Positions 27,876-32,000 of a stretch of 32,000 nucleotides of DNA are shown here, piece after piece. Location of the stretch: contig NZ_CP043314.1 of NCBI RefSeq assembly GCF_008189525.1, positions 480,001 to 512,000 on the forward strand, read 5' to 3'. The first letter of the stretch is position 1, and every line of letters starts with the position of its first letter. Both the position numbers and the translations under genes were made by a program. The stretch is from Candidatus Saccharimonadota bacterium. GTDB taxonomy: Bacteria; Pseudomonadota; Alphaproteobacteria; CAJXXZ01; 1604HC. Under the pieces are notes generated by a model. The model saw only the letters and a list, made by a program, of their open reading frames with translations, did no database searches and was not told the origin of the DNA.

Positions 27876-28427
27876 ATGTATAAAACTATTATGCATTCTT
27901 CAAGTAAAGCTTATAAAGTATCTACAGCTTTCATTGTTTTGTTTTTATTATCTGGATGTGAAAAATACAACTACGCAGAAAATTCACTACAAGCAGTAAG
28001 ATTTTTTTGTAATAGCGAAATGAATTCAGGCACTGCTATAGTCGTAGACATACTTCAAGTGTCTGACAATGCTTTGTTCGATAAACTAAAAGAAATGAAA
28101 TCTATAGACTATTTCTCTCAAAGGAAAAGTATTTTACAAACAAACATAAATGAAATAAAACTATGGTCTTTTGAACCAATTTCAGGGAACTGGACAGATC
28201 AATTCTTATTGAAAGGAACTTCTTGTAAAAGTTCGGGATTACTAGTTTTCATGAATTATAAAAACAGCTCCGAAAAAAATAGCTTCTCAATACCATTAGA
28301 TTATAAAAGTATAGATATAAAAATGGGAGAAAAATCAATTATAGAGTTTTCTGAATCTCAAAAAAGCGATGAACAAGTAAAGAGAGATCCAGAATCAATA
28401 GAGAGGATAAAAAATGATAGTATCTAA
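27876..28427 (+). CDS. tssJ: TssJ/SciN-like outer-membrane lipoprotein (type VI secretion membrane-complex component)
   Basis: A lipoprotein signal with lipobox VLFLLSGC is present. The mature part, ~120-150 aa, contains GTAIVVDILQVSDNALFDKLKEMKSIDYF ... SGLLVFMNYKNS. This resembles the TssJ/SciN pattern (spvvvrvYqLk....F..adf..L ... yvgVvAaYrd). The start is uncertain. The ORF is open from the ATG at 27777, which is ATGA-coupled to the upstream gene. Only the ATGs at 27876 or 27891 give a normal-length signal peptide. Confidence 0.55.
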   Translation: MYKTIMHSSSKAYKVSTAFIVLFLLSGCEKYNYAENSLQAVRFFCNSEMNSGTAIVVDILQVSDNALFDKLKEMKSIDYFSQRKSILQTNINEIKLWSFEPISGNWTDQFLLKGTSCKSSGLLVFMNYKNSSEKNSFSIPLDYKSIDIKMGEKSIIEFSESQKSDEQVKRDPESIERIKNDSI

Positions 28428-29712
28428 GTTCAAGTTCACACCATACAAAGTGCAATGGTACGAGGGAATGCCACTATCTCCTCATCACTTTCAGCAATCA
28501 GATCTCACAAATGAAAAGATGATGGGGTATTTAATATCTAAAACATCTCCTTATCATTGGGGGTTAATAGATATGGAGGTAGATAGCTCGAAAATAACTG
28601 AAGGAATAATATCTATAAATACAATTGAGGCAATAATGCCTGATAGGTCAATAATATTCTATCCTATTCATGATCAAGAAACTCTACATATAAAATTAGA
28701 AGAGGAAGATTTCAAAACAAGTAATGATCTAGACATTTTCTTAGTAAAACCTGAATCAAGGAACACTTATGATTCTCAGACTGTATCTCAAGGATATGAA
28801 TCAGTAACTGAAAAAGATGTTTTAGATCAAAACAATGAAGATCATCCTGCTTGTATTTTAAAATTGAAACCAAAATATCAGTTAGCAATAGGAGAAATTC
28901 CTAATAAGCATATTGGGATCCAAATAATGAAAATAAAAAATGGTATATCTGGAATACAAATCGCAGAGTTTGACCCACCTTGTATAAATATATCTAAAAC
29001 AAAAAATACTACATCAAAGATACAGGAACTAATCAAAGTATTAAGGAAGAAAACTTATTACATGCAAAATAACCTAAAACTAAACTCTGATAACAATGCA
29101 GAAGTAATGCACTCTATTTTCATGCAGGGAATAATACCTTTAGATCATATTTTAAATTCTAACTATGCACACCCTTATACATTATTCACCTCTTTGATAA
29201 ATTTACTTGCCCATATATCTGGATTGGATAAGACTATATTACTACAAGATATCCCTAAGTATAATCATAAAAATATCTTCAAAAGCTTCAAGCCATTGTT
29301 TAAGTTTATAAATAGTATTTTGGATTCAATTAAAGAGCCATATTCATTGAAGCAGTTCATAAACAAGGATGGAATCTTCTTTATAGACTTGCCCAAAGAA
29401 ACAGGAAACGCACTGTTTGTTTTAGTAAAAGATTATTCAATGAATTTCTCTGAAACAATGCAGTGGATAGAAAACGCAGTAATATCAACTCAGAGCATGC
29501 TAGAAGAAGCTCTAGAAACAAGAGTTCTTGGATTAAAAAGGGAATATGAAAAAACACAAGAAGATAGTCATGTGATTATAAAAATAAATACAGACGATAG
29601 GTTTTTCGTAAAGGGAGAAAAGCTTTGTATATATAATAGATCTGCTGATAAAAAACCATCAGAAATTTCTATAGTATCTTTCGCTAACTCATCTAATGAA
29701 CTTCCGAAGTAG
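28414..29712 (+). CDS. tssK: TssK/ImpJ/VasE-like type VI secretion baseplate protein
   Basis: 432 aa, against a typical TssK of ~440-450. The N-terminus KVQWYEGMPLSPHHFQQSDL...SPYHWGLIDMEVDSSKITEGIISINTIEAIMPDRSIIFYP matches the hallmark TssK N-terminus. That hallmark is vvWsEGMfL.PQHFQQ.dr......... .P..WGv..l.id...L..G.l.l....gi.PDGt.f..P. An AGAGAGG RBS lies 7 nt upstream, and the ORF overlaps the tssJ-like ORF by 14 nt. Confidence 0.75.
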   Translation: MIVSKFKFTPYKVQWYEGMPLSPHHFQQSDLTNEKMMGYLISKTSPYHWGLIDMEVDSSKITEGIISINTIEAIMPDRSIIFYPIHDQETLHIKLEEEDFKTSNDLDIFLVKPESRNTYDSQTVSQGYESVTEKDVLDQNNEDHPACILKLKPKYQLAIGEIPNKHIGIQIMKIKNGISGIQIAEFDPPCINISKTKNTTSKIQELIKVLRKKTYYMQNNLKLNSDNNAEVMHSIFMQGIIPLDHILNSNYAHPYTLFTSLINLLAHISGLDKTILLQDIPKYNHKNIFKSFKPLFKFINSILDSIKEPYSLKQFINKDGIFFIDLPKETGNALFVLVKDYSMNFSETMQWIENAVISTQSMLEEALETRVLGLKREYEKTQEDSHVIIKINTDDRFFVKGEKLCIYNRSADKKPSEISIVSFANSSNELPK

Positions 29713-29910
29713 AGAAATATACTAGCTATTCATTTGAGTTAAGTAATTATATTTTTGCGAGCGCACTATAAATACCCTGTTAAAATGATTATTAATACAA
29801 TGATAATCGAAATACATCTTAGTAATAGAGAGAATTTCAGATAAACTTTAAAGCTTTATAAGTTTATTTATTAGACAAACAAGCATTATATAAAAGAATA
29901 AAGTAAGCTA

Positions 29911-31161
29911 TTAATCTTCGTAATCGATTGTTGGGCTTTTCTTAGCAAAATAAACACCCAGCATTCCTAGGAAAGCACAAAAAGACATCCATAGAGATGG
30001 GGCAAAATAGTTAAGTTGTGAAAATTTTGTACACAAATAAGGAGTTGCAGATCCAACTATTGATGTTCCAATTCCGTAACACAAAGATATATATCTATAT
30101 CTATATTTTGGAGGAAATAGCTGAAAAGTTAAATTATGAGATGGTCCTACAAATATTCCTAATAAACATACTGTAATCATTTGACTTAAAATTATATAAC
30201 CGTATGAAATTAGCAGTAAACAAGGAAATGCTAATATAAGCAAAGCTAGCACTGAGAAAAACATAACTTTTTTGATATCAAAGTAATCAGTTAGTATTCC
30301 TGACACAACAACTACGGCAGCATAAAATACAAAAAACAATGTTTGATAGTATAGAATTTGATTTCCATAAGACTGTTTCAAAAAGTTAAAACAATACACC
30401 ATGGAATAGTAATACATACCACCAATACCAGCGCCTATTCCTATGACAGACAAATATGGATACCAACTTCTAGGAGAATAATTTTGTTTTGCTGTTTTCT
30501 TAAAACCTTCTCCTTCTATAATCATTGCTCTAGCAAGCATTCCTACAAATCCAATGCTTCCACCTATAATAAATGCCCATCTCCATCCATTTGGCTGAAA
30601 AATAGGTTTAGAAATCACATAATTAGCTAAAGATGCCAATGCCATTCCAAAAACAACAAATGCCCAAGAAACACCACTGGCTAACCCTGCTCTTTTTTCT
30701 CCAAAATGTTCAATTAAGAAAATAGCAGAACCATTTAAGTCTCCACCAGCACTCATAGCCTGTAAAACTCTAAAAATCAAAAGTAAAATTACAGTAGAGA
30801 ATCCTATGTATTGATAAGATGGAAGGAGCCCTATTCCCATAGAAGCAAACGAAATCAACACAATTGATAAAAAGAGTGCTTTTTTTCTACCAAAAACATC
30901 TCCAATGTAACCCATTGCCATTGCGCCCAAAGGTCTAAATAAAGCAGCTATAAGCATTAACGCGTAACCAAACTCAGCACTATCTCCAAAGTGCCCACCA
31001 AACAAATTTGCAGAAATAACAGGAATCATGTAAGTAAAAAGCATGTAATCGTAATATTCAAGCATAGATCCCGAAAGGGTCCAAAAGGAAGAATATATTT
31101 TTTTTATGTCCATTAAAGAGATACTAAGTGAGTTTGACTCAAAACACAAGAAATTCATCAA
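29911..31161 (-). CDS. MFS transporter, metabolite:H+ symporter (ProP-like) family
   Basis: Collinear with ProP/MHS transporters: LEYYDYMLF, FRPLGAMAMGYIGDVFGRKKALFLSIVLISFASMGIGLLPSY..IG, LLLIFRVLQAMSAGGDLNGSAIFLIEH..EKRAGLASG and WRWAFIIGG. About 12 TM segments. The start is uncertain; an alternative ATG lies 16 codons downstream. Confidence 0.85.
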   Translation of the reverse strand: MMNFLCFESNSLSISLMDIKKIYSSFWTLSGSMLEYYDYMLFTYMIPVISANLFGGHFGDSAEFGYALMLIAALFRPLGAMAMGYIGDVFGRKKALFLSIVLISFASMGIGLLPSYQYIGFSTVILLLIFRVLQAMSAGGDLNGSAIFLIEHFGEKRAGLASGVSWAFVVFGMALASLANYVISKPIFQPNGWRWAFIIGGSIGFVGMLARAMIIEGEGFKKTAKQNYSPRSWYPYLSVIGIGAGIGGMYYYSMVYCFNFLKQSYGNQILYYQTLFFVFYAAVVVVSGILTDYFDIKKVMFFSVLALLILAFPCLLLISYGYIILSQMITVCLLGIFVGPSHNLTFQLFPPKYRYRYISLCYGIGTSIVGSATPYLCTKFSQLNYFAPSLWMSFCAFLGMLGVYFAKKSPTIDYED

Positions 31162-31213
31162 ACACAGCCTAATAAACCTTCAAATATTAGACCTTAAATG
31201 AGACTATTACTGT

Positions 31214-32000
31214 ATGCGCTTATTTCAAAATAGTTTAAGAGAAGGTAAGAAAAACACGAAAGAAAAAAGCAATCTAAAAGAAACATCATTTACAAATCAC
31301 AGGATATTCTTAAAAATATCATTAGAAAATATTAGAAAATTCTGGCTAAGATCTTTATTCTTGTTTTTAGCACTATTCGCAAATGGGATTTTAAGTGGAT
31401 TATTTGTCAAACTCATTAAAGATTTACTTCAAAATCAAAATAAAGAAGTTATCTTTTTATTAGTAATCAGAAGTTACCAGAATATATCAATTGGTCACAT
31501 AAAAAATATAATCTTATACCCAATACTTAACTCAATTATTATGGATTCAAAAACATATTCCTTAGAATCATTTCTAAACAGGAGCTCCAACAAAAGCACA
31601 AAAGATCAACTAGGAAAACAAGAAAGAATATCGAGCAATATTTACAGTGTTATTAATGTGTACACATCAGCTTTTGTAACAATTATATCTCTAATAGTGC
31701 AAGTAAAATTAATGTATAAAACAAATTCAGCTTACATTTTGTTTTTAGGATTATTTATTTATTATGCTGCATTTTTAAAAACTGTAAAAACATGGTCTTC
31801 TGTTTTATCTTCAGCTTACAAGGCTTCAGATGATGTTTCATACAGCTCTTTATCTGCCATGGAATACAAGCGTAATTTTGAAGGAAATACCAAGCTTTTT
31901 GACTCAGAAATCAAAAAGAAAATGTCTAAAGAAAATAAAATCTACATACTAAAAAATAAATATATAAGATATAAATCAATTATACTTAATATAGAGCCTT
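31214..32000 (+). CDS. Probable ABC exporter, N-terminal transmembrane domain (partial; continues beyond the window)
   Basis: This ORF is not in the supplied track because it runs off the window end. I translated it by hand: 262 open codons from the ATG at 31214, MRLFQNSLREGKKNTKEKSNLKETSF...FWLRSLFLFLALFANGILSGLFVKLIKDL.... The spacing of hydrophobic helices and loops resembles an ABC_membrane (type I exporter) domain. No NBD motif is visible yet, so the function call is tentative. Confidence 0.45.
   Translation, partial: MRLFQNSLREGKKNTKEKSNLKETSFTNHRIFLKISLENIRKFWLRSLFLFLALFANGILSGLFVKLIKDLLQNQNKEVIFLLVIRSYQNISIGHIKNIILYPILNSIIMDSKTYSLESFLNRSSNKSTKDQLGKQERISSNIYSVINVYTSAFVTIISLIVQVKLMYKTNSAYILFLGLFIYYAAFLKTVKTWSSVLSSAYKASDDVSYSSLSAMEYKRNFEGNTKLFDSEIKKKMSKENKIYILKNKYIRYKSIILNIEP

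Noticed and set aside
29713-29910. Possible decayed tssL/tssM remnant downstream of the tssK-like gene
   Set aside because: There are only 198 bp, with stop codons in every frame and no translated similarity to DotU/TssL. This is far too short for a remnant of the >1000-codon tssM. An imperfect AT hairpin around TAAAGCTTTA (~29855-29880) may serve as a terminator, but it is too weak to call.
30358-30630. 90-codon plus-strand ORF inside the MFS transporter gene
   Set aside because: It is antisense to a clearly homologous ProP-like transporter and has no independent support.

Overview
This is an AT-rich, tightly packed chromosomal window; coding DNA looks roughly 30% G+C by eye, not computed. 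It looks like a reduced-genome, probably host-associated proteobacterium. The 16S signatures read alphaproteobacteria-like by eye, which needs a database search to confirm. The standard genetic code applies: tRNA-Trp has anticodon CCA and TGA is used as a stop. Left end, minus strand: a linked rRNA operon with partial 23S (1-2686), a 113-bp tRNA-less spacer and 16S (2800-4299). A 28-bp processing stem flanks the 16S. Next come rpsU, an HU/IHF-family gene and dcd on the plus strand. A housekeeping block follows: metG, holB, tmk, rlpA, an RluC/D-type pseudouridine synthase, truA, radC, map, one hypothetical gene and a parvulin/SurA-like gene. After that is a very compact minus-strand array: tRNA-Trp, secE, nusG, rplK, rplA, rplJ, rplL and rpoBC. 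In it rpoB and rpoC form one continuous 2723-codon ORF. The only accessory-looking locus is 27.3-29.7 kb. It is a translationally coupled three-gene operon encoding a bitopic SPOR-domain protein, a TssJ-like lipoprotein and a TssK-like type VI secretion baseplate protein. No other T6SS gene lies in the window, so this is the best candidate for something unusual. The right end holds a ProP/MHS-type MFS transporter (minus) and the 5' part of a probable ABC exporter (plus). I saw no CRISPR array, IS element, prophage or obvious pseudogene.
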